Source: a virus
Strand: one strand, 5' to 3'
DNA: 64,000 nucleotides
IMG/VR virus record: IMGVR_UViG_3300032287_003808
Location: 1 to 64,000 of that record
The notes below the pieces were generated by a model. The model made no database searches. It worked only from the letters and a program-made list of their open reading frames with translations, and was not told the origin of the DNA. Positions within the stretch are counted from its first letter, which is position 1. The number at the start of each line of letters is the position of its first letter. A program made the position numbers and the translations under genes. This document shows positions 50,101 to 61,900 of this stretch, one piece after another.

Positions 50101-50666
50101 TTTTTAAGGCTTTCTAAATATTTAATTACTTCATCTAATGATTCTTCTGCACGTTCTTGGTCTATAGAACCGAACCATCTTTCTACTTCACCACTTTCCG
50201 TAACTGTTCCTTGGTTACTTTCTTTAAGTTTTTCTTGAAAGAAAGCTTTATATTCTTTTATCGTTTGATCTATTTCTAAATTAAAAGTATGATCAGTATA
50301 TGTTTGCCATTCACCTTTTATTTTCATTTGGGTTTCTGTAGTTGCTCTGCAATCTAGACACTCACCATATGATTTATAATAGAATGGATCTAATTGTTTA
50401 TCCATAACTTGTTTACAAGCTGGGCAGAATAGGGGTACTGAAACTTTTTTGAATTTATCTAATTTAGTGATATTTTGTTTGATTCCATCTTTGATGGTCC
50501 AAGTACGGCCATCTTCTTGCCAGACGTCACCTTCATCATAATCTTTAGATTCTTTAGTATAACCCACACCATGAGTTATTTTTTCTCCACTTTTGCCTTT
50601 TACAAGGTTTCTAACACGTTGTATGTCTTTTTCAGTGAATTGTTTTTTTAGGACATTTTCTTTCAT
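50097..50666 (-). CDS. hypothetical protein with Zn-finger
   Basis: 'EGDVWQEDGRTWTIKDG', 'CPAC...CLDC'. Confidence 0.55.
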   Translation of the reverse strand: MKENVLKKQFTEKDIQRVRNLVKGKSGEKITHGVGYTKESKDYDEGDVWQEDGRTWTIKDGIKQNITKLDKFKKVSVPLFCPACKQVMDKQLDPFYYKSYGECLDCRATTETQMKIKGEWQTYTDHTFNLEIDQTIKEYKAFFQEKLKESNQGTVTESGEVERWFGSIDQERAEESLDEVIKYLESLKK

Positions 50667-50669
50667 AAC

Positions 50670-51098
50670 TTATTTTTTAATCTTATTTGTCCACCCTCGG
50701 AACATTATATTTCCCTTTTTATAGGCTTCTTCTTCAATTTGTTTTAAATAATTATCTTCATTGATATCTTTAGTTTTAATCCTACCACCTCCAATTCTTC
50801 CATCACATTTTTGTTCATGGTGAATCATTTCATGAGCGAATGAACGCATCACATCTTTAGGATGACGGTTTAAAGTATAAAGAGCTATTAAATTACTATC
50901 AGGACGATAATAAGCTGTTTTGCCAAAAAAATCTTCAGCATTTGAAGTATCATTATCTATAAATTTAACTTTAGGTAAAGGAAGAATATTCATTTCTTCT
51001 TCTAGCATATACTCAATGAGAGATTTAAATAACGGCTTATAATCAAATTCATCAGATTTAGCCGTTATTTCATTTAATAAATGAGTTAATTTTATCAT
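50670..51098 (-). CDS. zincin-like metallopeptidase with short leader
   Basis: 'RSFAHEMIHHEQ...IEEEAY' HExxH+E; likely start MIKLTHLLNE at 51098. Confidence 0.65.
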   Translation of the reverse strand: MIKLTHLLNEITAKSDEFDYKPLFKSLIEYMLEEEMNILPLPKVKFIDNDTSNAEDFFGKTAYYRPDSNLIALYTLNRHPKDVMRSFAHEMIHHEQKCDGRIGGGRIKTKDINEDNYLKQIEEEAYKKGNIMFRGWTNKIKK

Positions 51099-51109
51099 GA
51101 TTATACATA

Positions 51110-51874
51110 TCATGAAATCCGCTTAGCACTCGTTCTAAATTCAGTAAATGATGGAGCGTGATTAGGATTTTCTAAATCAAATATAGTTTTTACTGTTCTA
51201 AATAAATTTAAATTTTCATCTTGGGTTCTATTTGATTCAAATACCTCCCATCCTTTACCTTGCATTTTATCTTTAGCTGCTTTACGTTTAGCTGATTTTA
51301 GCCATAATATACCACGTCTATCTGGTTTTACTCCGAAACATTCTTCATAACATTTATCATATACTGCTACTTGAAATTCATATATTGTATGTATATGATT
51401 AGATGTTTTATAATCTAAAACCCATAGTTGGTCTTCTATTTTACAAACTAAATCACAAGTACCTGCTATTTTTTCTTCGTCTGAGAATAGGTGTATTTCT
51501 GTTCCGATTAATTCAGGTTTGTATGTTTCCCAGAATTCAACAAATTTAAGGAACATTTGCCATACATCAGTATCATATAATGGGGTATTATCTTTAGAAA
51601 GGAAATTTAATTCTTTTCCATTTAAATAATCTTCAATCATGTTGTGTACTTTGGTTCCATCTTCAGCTGATTTTCTCATTATATAATCAGCATTGTTTCC
51701 CATTTGTTTTAACCAATCTTCAAAATACTTTCCTTTAGGATAATATTGTAAGACGTAAGTGATTGAAGGGTAGTATTCTCCATTTCTAAGGTAATACCTT
51801 GAATCAGGCATTGTAATTTGTTGCGCATCTTCAGATATTTGAAGAATACGATTGTGTGGTGTTTTTATATTCAT
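51110..51874 (-). CDS. PD-(D/E)xK exonuclease (Cas4/RecB-like)
   Basis: 'YPSITYVL', 'GTKVH', 'AGTCDLV..VLDYKTS', 'QVAVY'. Confidence 0.8.
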   Translation of the reverse strand: MNIKTPHNRILQISEDAQQITMPDSRYYLRNGEYYPSITYVLQYYPKGKYFEDWLKQMGNNADYIMRKSAEDGTKVHNMIEDYLNGKELNFLSKDNTPLYDTDVWQMFLKFVEFWETYKPELIGTEIHLFSDEEKIAGTCDLVCKIEDQLWVLDYKTSNHIHTIYEFQVAVYDKCYEECFGVKPDRRGILWLKSAKRKAAKDKMQGKGWEVFESNRTQDENLNLFRTVKTIFDLENPNHAPSFTEFRTSAKRIS

Positions 51875-52791
51875 ATTATAGATAATTTTTTCTCCATTAG
51901 TTTATATGATGTTAGAGGAGAAACTGTTTGTATTAATTTTGTGAAATTTTCAAAACCCATATCACTTGGATCTTTTTCTTTAAGTTCTACTAAATATACT
52001 TCTTTACCTTCATTAAGAAGCATCTCACAAAACTCTAAAGCTTTACTTATAGCGTCAGTATCTAGAGCAATGTATATTTTTTGTACTTTAGAAGTAACAA
52101 TTTTCTTCATTAAAGAAGGTTGAATATTTTTTCCAAATAAAGGAATAACATTTCGTTTTATAGCTATAGCATCAAATGGCCCTTCACATAATATAATAGG
52201 TAAATCCCAATTAATAAACAACTCAAAAGGTATTATATCACGAGATACTTCAGGATTACGATATTTAACATAAGGATCTTTTTCAAATGATCTAGCAGTA
52301 AAATAATTTAATCTACCATTAATATCATATGATGGTATAATAATCATTTTACTATAAAGCCCATACTCGCAATAACCAATGTTATATTTTAAAATATCAT
52401 TTTTAGTAATATTTCTTTTTTTAAGATAAGTTAATGCATGTCTTGAGATAATAGTATTATCAAATTGTTTAAATTCTTTAGGTAATTCAACTGGGTTGTA
52501 GGTTGTTATAGTTTCAACGTTATTTCCGGTTTTAATTAGGGGTTTAAGTTGGGCTAATATTTCGGGCGATGCTTCAACTTGTTTAAGTAAACTTCGTATT
52601 GTTTTACCTTTTTTACCACATACCCAACATTGCCAAGGATTTTTTCCTTCTTTATCTTCAGTAAAATTAACTTCTAATTTAGGTTTATGATGATGGCAAA
52701 ATGGACAAGTATAAGCTTGATTACCACGAGCAGTACGTTTACCAGCCCCAAGGACAGAGTTAACTAAATTAACTAAAAGTTCATTCACCAT
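51871..52791 (-). CDS. DNA primase (Zn-finger + Toprim)
   Basis: 'CPFC..WQCWVC', 'IILCEGPFDA', 'IALDTDA', 'KDPSD'. Confidence 0.88.
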   Translation of the reverse strand: MVNELLVNLVNSVLGAGKRTARGNQAYTCPFCHHHKPKLEVNFTEDKEGKNPWQCWVCGKKGKTIRSLLKQVEASPEILAQLKPLIKTGNNVETITTYNPVELPKEFKQFDNTIISRHALTYLKKRNITKNDILKYNIGYCEYGLYSKMIIIPSYDINGRLNYFTARSFEKDPYVKYRNPEVSRDIIPFELFINWDLPIILCEGPFDAIAIKRNVIPLFGKNIQPSLMKKIVTSKVQKIYIALDTDAISKALEFCEMLLNEGKEVYLVELKEKDPSDMGFENFTKLIQTVSPLTSYKLMEKKLSII

Positions 52792-52795
52792 GTAT

Positions 52796-52826
52796 TAAAG
52801 GTATGAACTTAATCTATAGAAGCAAA
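52796..52826 (-). promoter_or_regulatory. Bacteroidota sigma-A-like promoter for primase/exonuclease
   Basis: TTTG (52826-52823) - 19 nt - TACCTTTA (52803-52796). Confidence 0.5.
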
Positions 52827-53267
52827 ATCTTTAGAATAAAATTTTCCAAGAATATTATCATTTATCCATTCATCAGGTTTTTCTAAGACGCTTAATTGGA
52901 ATAGATATTTACATTCATAATATGTTAGGAGTTTTTTATTAGGAGCAAAACATAAAATTTTACGTACAAAATCTCCTTGTTTACCTTGTTTGATTAATTC
53001 AAGTATAGGTTTAGCAGAACCGTAATATGTTTTCCAATCAGATTCTTTTTGAATAGTTGTAGTTAAAGATTTACGCCCCCTAGTTACAGGCTGTTCAGCT
53101 AATTCTTTTTTAGTAAGTTTTTTCTTTACATTATGATGTAAAGCTTTTTTACCTAAATATGTTTTACCTGATGGTTCATGGACTGTAATATATACAAAAC
53201 CGTAAGTTCTTTCAGGAAAATCCTCTATTGATTCTATTCTTTTATCTTTGTATAACCAATTATTCAT
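52809..53267 (-). CDS. GIY-YIG-like endonuclease
   Basis: 'GFVYIT...KTYLGKK', 'SDWKTYYGS', 'YYE..', 'NDNILGKF'. Confidence 0.7.
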   Translation of the reverse strand: MNNWLYKDKRIESIEDFPERTYGFVYITVHEPSGKTYLGKKALHHNVKKKLTKKELAEQPVTRGRKSLTTTIQKESDWKTYYGSAKPILELIKQGKQGDFVRKILCFAPNKKLLTYYECKYLFQLSVLEKPDEWINDNILGKFYSKDFASID

Positions 53268-53270
53268 AAA

Positions 53271-54224
53271 TTACATATCTAGATTAACTAATACATTCAT
53301 ATCAGTGACTGAGGATAAAGGTAAGGGTTGGGCTAGTTTAGCAATAGCTAATAGTTCATAATTATTATTATATAAACCTATAGTTGTTACAAACGGATCA
53401 AAATATGACCCAGTAGCAAAATTATATATTACTCCACTATTTGAACTTCCGGATATTAAAGTAGGATTTTGAGAGAAATTAAACTCATTTTCTCTAACTG
53501 TGCATTTATATTGAGTTTCATATATGGTTATAGTACTTTCAAATGAACAAGAAATTTGTTGGGAACCAATTAATCCTTCTATAAAAACAACATCTAATCC
53601 TCCATATGGAGTTGAACCATAATTCACAAACCCATAACCTGGGGTTCCAGGGATACCGTCACTGGTTAGAATAACCATCCCATGTTCATATATAATATCA
53701 CCTACTTTTAATGAACCTGTTAATATATTTCCTTCTCCATCATCTATAAAAGAACCACTTTCATATGATAAAGTAAAAGTACCTGGTTTGATATACTCTC
53801 CAAATATGTTAGAAGGGATAGATATTACTCCTATTACTTCATTTGAACCGGTAGGGAAATATCTACTAGCAGGTAATGTGTTACTTAGGTAATTATAAGC
53901 ATTTGGAGTATACGCTGTAGTAGTAGTTATAGTTCCATCTGTATTAAAAGATGCTGTTGTTACAGGGGAACCATCATCTCCATAAATGTAATTATAATAA
54001 TATAATTCTCTAATAGAACGATAAACTAAAAATGTATCTTGTATTGAAATATATCCAGTTGAAGTAGAACCCGAAGTCCATAATGTAGAACTATTATTTT
54101 CTCCTATGAATAAATCAATACCTGATCCTGTTAGGAAGGCTGTTCCTTCAAATGTAAATGATTTATTTACTTTGAACGGTGAGACAACAACGTCTGAAGT
54201 TATGAATGGTTTGAATACGCTCAT
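53271..54224 (-). CDS. putative baseplate/tail structural protein, paralog B
   Basis: C-terminal 'EFNFSQNPT..TTIGLYNNNYELLAIAKLAQPL' shared with 54231..55247. Confidence 0.55.
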   Translation of the reverse strand: MSVFKPFITSDVVVSPFKVNKSFTFEGTAFLTGSGIDLFIGENNSSTLWTSGSTSTGYISIQDTFLVYRSIRELYYYNYIYGDDGSPVTTASFNTDGTITTTTAYTPNAYNYLSNTLPASRYFPTGSNEVIGVISIPSNIFGEYIKPGTFTLSYESGSFIDDGEGNILTGSLKVGDIIYEHGMVILTSDGIPGTPGYGFVNYGSTPYGGLDVVFIEGLIGSQQISCSFESTITIYETQYKCTVRENEFNFSQNPTLISGSSNSGVIYNFATGSYFDPFVTTIGLYNNNYELLAIAKLAQPLPLSSVTDMNVLVNLDM

Positions 54225-54230
54225 TCATTC

Positions 54231-55247
54231 TTAAAAATCTAGTTTTACTCTAACAAGAGCTTCTTTTGTAAAGTCTTTTAATAATGGTCTTGACATTTTA
54301 GCTACAGCTAATAATTCATTCTGATCATTATACATTCCTACAGTTGTAATATATGTTTGGGGTTGATTTATAAATTCATCATAAATTACCTCACCTGTAG
54401 ATCCTGATATGAATGTTGGGTTTTCAGAGTAATTAAATTCACTATTTCTTGCTCTAACAAATATATAATCAGATGTTATAGTTTCTTGAGAATTTAAAGT
54501 AAATGAAGCTCCTAAATCTATAGCATTATATAATCTTTGAAGATTTAATCCGTCTGAGTTGTATGAGCGGCTAGGTTCTATTTGTAAAGATTCTGAGATA
54601 GCATATGGGTTTAAAAGGATAGTTCCTAAATCAGGAAATACTAAACCATAAGAACCAGATCCAGCTACATATCCACTATTAGCTAATGATCCTGCTGTAC
54701 CATTTGATCCTGAAATTAATTGGAATACTCTAGTAGAACCAAGAAATGTATTTACAAGAACATCATTTGAATTATCTGTTAATTGAATTTTATTATTACC
54801 GGATCCTGATAGTACTAAGTTAAGTGATCCTGGGAATAAAGATTCTTTATATCTAGCTCTTTCAACTGATATTACCCAAAAGTTAGATCCAGTTATAACA
54901 TTATTTCCAGTACCAAAAACAAAACTAGCATTTTCGTCTTCTAAAATTAAAGCTCTATATTGTCCATACATTGTTTTAGTATAAGAACTTCCTGTTACAA
55001 TAGCGTTATACCAATCACTTCCACTTCCTTCAGAGTCGCAATATACAACATCAAATTGTACAGCTGCGTTATCATCAGTAGAGGCAGTTTGGAATATACT
55101 TAAATAGTAATTTCCGGAAGAATTAGATGCTTGTACAGAAGAAGTATAAAAACTGGTTAATGCTGGGTTGTCAGTAGACCATAATGTAGAAACTACAGAA
55201 TCACTACTTACTACAAAATCTTCAGGGTCAAATGCTTTAAAGCTCAT
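54231..55247 (-). CDS. putative baseplate/tail structural protein, paralog A
   Basis: C-terminal 'EFNYSENPT..TTVGMYNDQNELLAVAKMSRPL'. Confidence 0.55.
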   Translation of the reverse strand: MSFKAFDPEDFVVSSDSVVSTLWSTDNPALTSFYTSSVQASNSSGNYYLSIFQTASTDDNAAVQFDVVYCDSEGSGSDWYNAIVTGSSYTKTMYGQYRALILEDENASFVFGTGNNVITGSNFWVISVERARYKESLFPGSLNLVLSGSGNNKIQLTDNSNDVLVNTFLGSTRVFQLISGSNGTAGSLANSGYVAGSGSYGLVFPDLGTILLNPYAISESLQIEPSRSYNSDGLNLQRLYNAIDLGASFTLNSQETITSDYIFVRARNSEFNYSENPTFISGSTGEVIYDEFINQPQTYITTVGMYNDQNELLAVAKMSRPLLKDFTKEALVRVKLDF

Positions 55248-55264
55248 TATTTATTTATTTTAAA

Positions 55265-55924
55265 TTAGATCTGGTTTATGATAATAGGAATTGTTACTCT
55301 AGCTCCACTATCTAAACCGACAACAGTTAATGTGGCTGATAATTGAGTATTCGCACCAAATAGAGTGTTTACTGTTGTAGCTCTTAAATTAAATTGGGTT
55401 CCTATAATGGTTTTAGAAACATTAGTACCTAGCGTGGTTGTAGAAGTTTGATTAGCAGTTGTAGCTGCTGTAGTATTAATACCTACTCCAGTATATGTAT
55501 TCATTAATCTAACATCAGATATAGTAGCTGAATATCCACTAGTCTCGTATGTTTGGTTGTTACCTAAATAGTTTAATGTTTGTGGTGTTACAGAAAGAGC
55601 TGCTCCTTGTTGTAATGTAATTGTAGTATAACCTAAATCAAGTACAGGCAATTTAGCTGTTCCACGAGGTAAAGTAGCTAATTTATACTTCATGATTTGG
55701 GTTTCTTGAGGAAACGCTTCTAATAAAGGCATGTTTTGGATAGCTTCACCATAAAAAGCAGAACCTGATGGGTGGTTAGGGTTATATAAGGTGTAATCAA
55801 TTTCATCATCTGCTAAAGCAAATTGGGTGATTCTAAAAGAACCATCATTTTTAGCTAATAATTCTCTACCTTTTGTTGTTAAAATTGCGTCAACTGTGAC
55901 TACTTGGTTATTTAAATATCCCAT
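55265..55924 (-). CDS. putative baseplate/fibre-attachment structural protein
   Basis: 'DAILTTKGRELLA..ITQFALADDEIDY' resembles N-terminal attachment modules of fibre/baseplate proteins. Confidence 0.5.
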   Translation of the reverse strand: MGYLNNQVVTVDAILTTKGRELLAKNDGSFRITQFALADDEIDYTLYNPNHPSGSAFYGEAIQNMPLLEAFPQETQIMKYKLATLPRGTAKLPVLDLGYTTITLQQGAALSVTPQTLNYLGNNQTYETSGYSATISDVRLMNTYTGVGINTTAATTANQTSTTTLGTNVSKTIIGTQFNLRATTVNTLFGANTQLSATLTVVGLDSGARVTIPIIINQI

Positions 55925-55964
55925 GTTTTGTTTTATTATAAATATATTATACTAATAAATATTA

Positions 55965-58900
55965 TTAAAGCAAACCTTTATTGGTAAAGTCTTCAATATA
56001 TTTTCCTATGTTTTCTTTCATTTTATTACTTACATATTCAGGTTTAATCAAATATGGTGATTGAAAGCCTGAAGGTTTGAGTCCATCTAAAATTAAACTG
56101 CCAGCATTATCAACATATCTTCTTAAAAGAAATTGGTTTATATTAATATTTGATCCTGAAATTATGTTGTTTAAAGTAACAACAAGAGCAGGGTCACTAG
56201 GAAGATAAGCACTAGCTGAAAATATTTGGATGTCACTAACCATAAATGTTTTAGTTTCATCACCTTCAAACCTAAATTCATCTCCTCGCTGTATTGTAAC
56301 TGGTAAAGTTATAGGAAAAAATCCTGATCCTACTATATCTTGTTGGTAAATGTTAGAGGAATTAACATACTGAATAAGTTGAGAGCTAGTAGTGTATATG
56401 ATATTAGGCTCACTAGATGACCCAGTACGCCATAAATTAGTAACATTTATTGGAGGTGTAGGGTATGGGTTAGTTGATATTTTAAAAGTACTAGTACTCT
56501 TATAAAATGTATTTGGTTGACCTGCTAACATTGCCACAAAAAATTGATCTCCAGTTTGAAGTTCAGCTTTAGGTACAGTAATTGTAAAATTTATATTTAG
56601 TTCAGTTGCAGGATAAATAAACCCTCCAAAATCACCACTTACAGCTGTGTTTACTCCTCCTCTATTTCTAACAACTCTAGCATATACAGTACCAGTAGAT
56701 GGAATTAATCTTATACAATTCATATTTACTTCAAATACTAGATCTACATTTTCAGTTATAACAGGTGCTGTAACTACATATCTATTTGTTCCTGGTGGTA
56801 ATTGGCCTCCGGCTCCTGGGGTGATATTAATACCTTGGGCTAAGACTTCATTCATAAAAATTCCTGAAAATCCATTGAAGCCTACTTGGTAATCAAGGTT
56901 AGGACTTAAAGTTGCAGTGTAATCAAGTACTGATGAAGTAGAGTAAGGATTCCTGTCTGAAAATGACAATGTAGCTGCAAATGTCATTGGAGGATTTTCA
57001 TAATGCTTAATTTGATTATATAAGATAGGTTCAATTGAAGCTCCTCCTTTAAAAATAACTAATGATGGGTTTTGAGCTACAGTACCTCCACTTAAAGTTT
57101 GTAATTCAATTTTTTCACCATACATGAAATTCTGTTTCATGATAGAAAGTGAATTTGGTGAAGTATTATTTGAGATTAACTCTCCATCCTCACTAATTAA
57201 ATATTTAACTAATACTCCTGAAGTGTTCATTTTTTCAGGCGCGTACCCTCCTATATTATCACTATAAGCTATATATGTTTTTGTAGATTCTATCGTTGGA
57301 AGTTTACCATATGTTCCTGAATCTCCTTTAGTCCATTTATTTAGTTTTTGAGAAATTGATCTACTTCCATTATATCTAGGATCAATGATACGTTTTGTAG
57401 TATAATTTGAAGCTGGTATAGTGGCTTTAGTAGCATCTCCTTCTATTAAAGCATTAAAATTAGTTGGGGTTAAGACACCCGTTGAATAATCTGCATCTTG
57501 TATAAAAGAGTTTTGGCGGATATCAACAGCATTGTTTAATAATGCATTTCCATCACTGTTATAAAAATTAGGTGTGGTAATGTATGGTTCAAAGATTATT
57601 GGATCTTGAAAGGATGCTGTTGGGGATATACTTTGAGTGATTAATAAATTTACTCCAGAAAGACTAGCATTAATTCCTCCTTTAGTTGTAAGTGCTAAAA
57701 GATCTCCTGCTATTCCTATATACGAGGTAGATATTGTTTTTATTCCTGAGAATGATGATGGGAATGTTGTTGATGCTAGATATAATATACTATTATTATC
57801 ACTAACAGCAATAGAGCAAGTTCCTGCACTTCCCCCTCCAGATTGTACTACTGTAAAAGAAGCAGTTATTAGGATAGGGATATTTGGGGTGTTTCCTAAA
57901 GTATATATCCCAGAAGAGGTATCAAAGTAACCAAGAGTATCTCCTAATTCAGATGTATAAGTATCAATAGGTACATCTATTGGAAGGAATGATGTTATTG
58001 TATTTTTAGAGGCAGAAACGTAATAGTTTTTAACCTCAGTATCTATTCCAGAACCAGAAATATCTATATTTTGATTGGATATTTCATATAAATAATAAGT
58101 TGGATATTCATTTATATTTAATACTTGATAAGTAGTATAAGAAGAATTAACATAATCTATAATTAAATTTGTAATTTGACCTAATGGAATAGTATTATCA
58201 TTTCCATTAAGATCTATTTTATTTAATTTAATATAAGCATTACTATATGGATTTACAGATGAAGATAATGTAAGTTTATTAGCTTTAGGAGCTAAAATTA
58301 ATATTTCCCCAAGTTGAGGAACTGTTAAAGAATTTAAAAATTGGTTTTGAGTAGTTATTGATGTACTACTAACTCCATAAAATGGATTTTTATATAATAT
58401 TGGGGAGTAGTTAAATTCTGTATTATCTAAAGGGTATGGTTGATTTAAACTTTGTGTTGTAACTAATATAACAGATCCGCTAAATTCACCATCATAAAAT
58501 TCCTCTTGGGAATCGTATAATGTTGTAGCTATTCCTAAAGGTGTAGCAATACTTTCACTCCAACTTTGAGTAATTCCGAATATATTGTTAGGGCCATTAC
58601 CATCAATACCATAAGGAGAGGTATTTACTCCATTAAATATTTCAAATGAACCTGCTGTGCCTCCACTAAACTCTTCAATTAAAGAATGAGATATATAGCT
58701 ACTTTGAGATATAGGATCCCATACTTGAATAGATTTTATAGCTCCAGAAATATCTAAATCTTCCCATTCTATTTGTGGTTGTGGGTAACGATTTCTTTCA
58801 AGTAAATGTTGTTTAATAACAACTCCAGAAGCAAGACTTGTACGTGCAGGTACAAAATCTTTTATCATTTTAAATAATGAGTTATCAAAGAATTTTATTA

Positions 58901-61900
58901 AACGTATAAAATCAACTAAATTATAATTTTTAATATATTTTTCAAAATAAGCATTTCTTAACTTATCTAAATCAGTGTATGATTGAAGTGGGGAAAATCT
59001 AAAAGCAGGGTCACCTATAAAATCACCTATATTAAAAAACCCAAGTTGAGAATTTATATCATCATTAATTTCATCTTGTGGAGAAAATGCTACTTCAAGT
59101 AAATTAATATTTGGAGTATAACTAGCACTAGCTTCTATAGTTTGTGATAATGCTCTAAATGGTGATAAAGTACTACCAGAAGGTAAAGAATCATTTTCTA
59201 ATCTAATTTTATCACTAACAGCATTTTTTATACCTGCTATAGGTTGGTCATAGAAAAAATATTCTACGTTTGATACAAAATTAGGTGAAGCATCGTAATA
59301 AAAATTACTATCAGAGATAAATGAACTAGTAGTAACCCAAGATCCTGTTACTTTAGGATGAATAGATATAGATGCAGTATATAATTCTCCTCCAACTGGG
59401 GCTCTAAAGGCTAATTCGTCTGGGGTGCTATTTAATGAATTTCCTTCGATTGAATAAGGATTCATAGTGTAATCAGCAAAAACACTCTCACTTATAGGAA
59501 CAGTATAATATCTAATTTCTTGATATGAACCTGAAAATGCTGTATACGAACCTGCTGTATTACCAGATCCATCATATACATTAACATCGTATGATGATAT
59601 GTCATATCCTTCTGGGGTACCTACTGAGAAACTAACAGGGAAATAACTTATAAGAGTATTATCCCAATTAGTTGAAACATATGTTATAGCATTAGAAGCT
59701 GTAAATCCTAGTAAAGTACCATTATCTCCCCCTTCATAAATTTTGTTTTGGGTATATAAAGTATATGTATCTGATTCTTTAGTAACCATAACAGACCACC
59801 AATCACCATCAAAAAATGGTAAATACACGCTTGCTGTTTGCCCAGCAACACTTATATCTGGGTAGAAAGCTACTGTAGCATATTGGTAGTATGGATCAAT
59901 TATAGAGCCAGAGTATGATTCACTAACATAAGCTGATCCTGTGTATGTTAATGTTATGGCACATCCTCCATCCCCATACCATAAGCTTTGAGAGTAAGGG
60001 ATATTTGATGTAGGTAAACCTTCGGTTTTAAACCTAAACATTAAAGTAGCAGGCGTATCATTTGGGGCATTCCAATCAGGATTTAAATCCCAAGAGGATG
60101 AGATAAAATTACTTCCTAAAGTAGAAAAAGCATAATTGAATTCATTCTGCCAATAATCCCAGTCATTTGAATTTACTTTATCTTTTCCTCCATACTCATT
60201 AATCCTTAAAACAGTATCAGGGATACCATATGAAGTAATAAGGGCGCGCAAACCAGGTAAAGTACCTTTTGCTTTAAGCAGGTATGGTAAATTATGATAA
60301 ATACGTTTATATAGCGACTTATTCACATCATCTAACGGCATATAATCATTAGAGGCAGATATTAAAGTATCAACATACTCAAATCCACTAGGGGTTGGGA
60401 GTGAACTTGTTATATTTGGGAATGGAAATAAAGCACCATCAGGTGTTAAACCTAAGAATGCAGTATATAAATCTTGGTTAGAGAAATTATTTTGGTATAA
60501 TTTAACTCCAAAATCTCTAATAGCATCTGCTACTATATCTTTTGATATACCTTGTTCTAAGCGATTGTCAGCATTATACTTTTGTGTAATATCTTTATAA
60601 TAGATCCAAATATTATCAAAATGTTGAGCAACCATATCGATAAAAAGTCCGTATTGGTCGTTTTCAGGGTCATCTCTTAAATATTCAGGAATAGAAAATA
60701 ATAAATTATCTTTGTTTTCATTATCATATAATGATGCAGATAAAATAATTCCCCCATATAATGGACTATATTCGTTAGTACTTCCAAACCAAGTTAAAGC
60801 TATGTTATTGTTTGCAGATACTAATTGATATGGTGGTTCATTATTTAACTTAGGCCATGCCCAAGAACCACTAGAGTAATACATGTAATACTCCCATCCA
60901 TCAAAATATTTTGTAATTTCATTTATTTTATTCTCTAAAACAGCTTTACTTTCACTTACTGATGGTGTTAGTGATGTTGGTCCTGTTATGGAAGAATTTA
61001 TGATAGCTAATGAAGAAGAATATTCTTCTATAAGATTTACTTTATAAAAGAAATTTTCTAAACGTGTTTGGGCAGAACTAAAATGAACAAATTCTTCAAA
61101 TTTAGTATAATCTATATTTATATCTATCTCTTTTTCTTCTAAAAGACTATTTAATTGAGAAAATGAACTAGATACTGGGGTTGAGACTAAATCCGAGTAT
61201 GAAAGTTCATTAGTTGAGTTGTTTATTTGGTCTTTAATTGGAATATTAAAGTTAGGCCCTTGGATAGTTGTAAAATCATTTATCTCAATAGGGTCATTTA
61301 TAAAATCTATATCATAAGCTAACGGTTCTTCTACGTTAGTTATAATCCATAAAGTAGAGTTTATATCATATTCTTCTGGTAATGGATCATATAATTTTAT
61401 TAGTATAGTTGGATTAAGAGGATCTGTGTTGTCTAAAGATATATTATTAGCTATAAAAAGTTCATTATCTCCAAAATTAATATAGAAATCTAAAAAATAA
61501 GTACTTTCTTCTCTTTCTAATATAAAAGCATTAGTTTGTTCAACTATATCTAAATTAGTTAATGTGGTACTATCTAAACGTAATTCAGTTCTGTCTGAGG
61601 ATACTTCTGTTATATAAAGTTGTTGTATGTCAGATCCTATTTTCTTATTTAAGAAATTAAAATAGAGTATGTATTTTCCTTGAGTTGATCCTAACGCTGT
61701 AGATGTAACGTTTTCAAGATCTATTTCGATTTGGGATAGTATATTATTATTACCAGCTGATTGTCCGTTGTTTAAAACGGAGTATTGGGTAAAATTATAT
61801 GTTCTATATATTAAATTTTTATTAAGAGAATATATAAAGAATTCAATATAACTTTCAGATGATAATGATGTATCAATTTCAAAAGTAGGTATTAAACTAG

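Noticed and set aside
51110-51874. Cas4-like nuclease as sign of a CRISPR system
   Set aside because: No array or other cas genes seen; stand-alone PD-(D/E)xK exonucleases next to primase are common in phages
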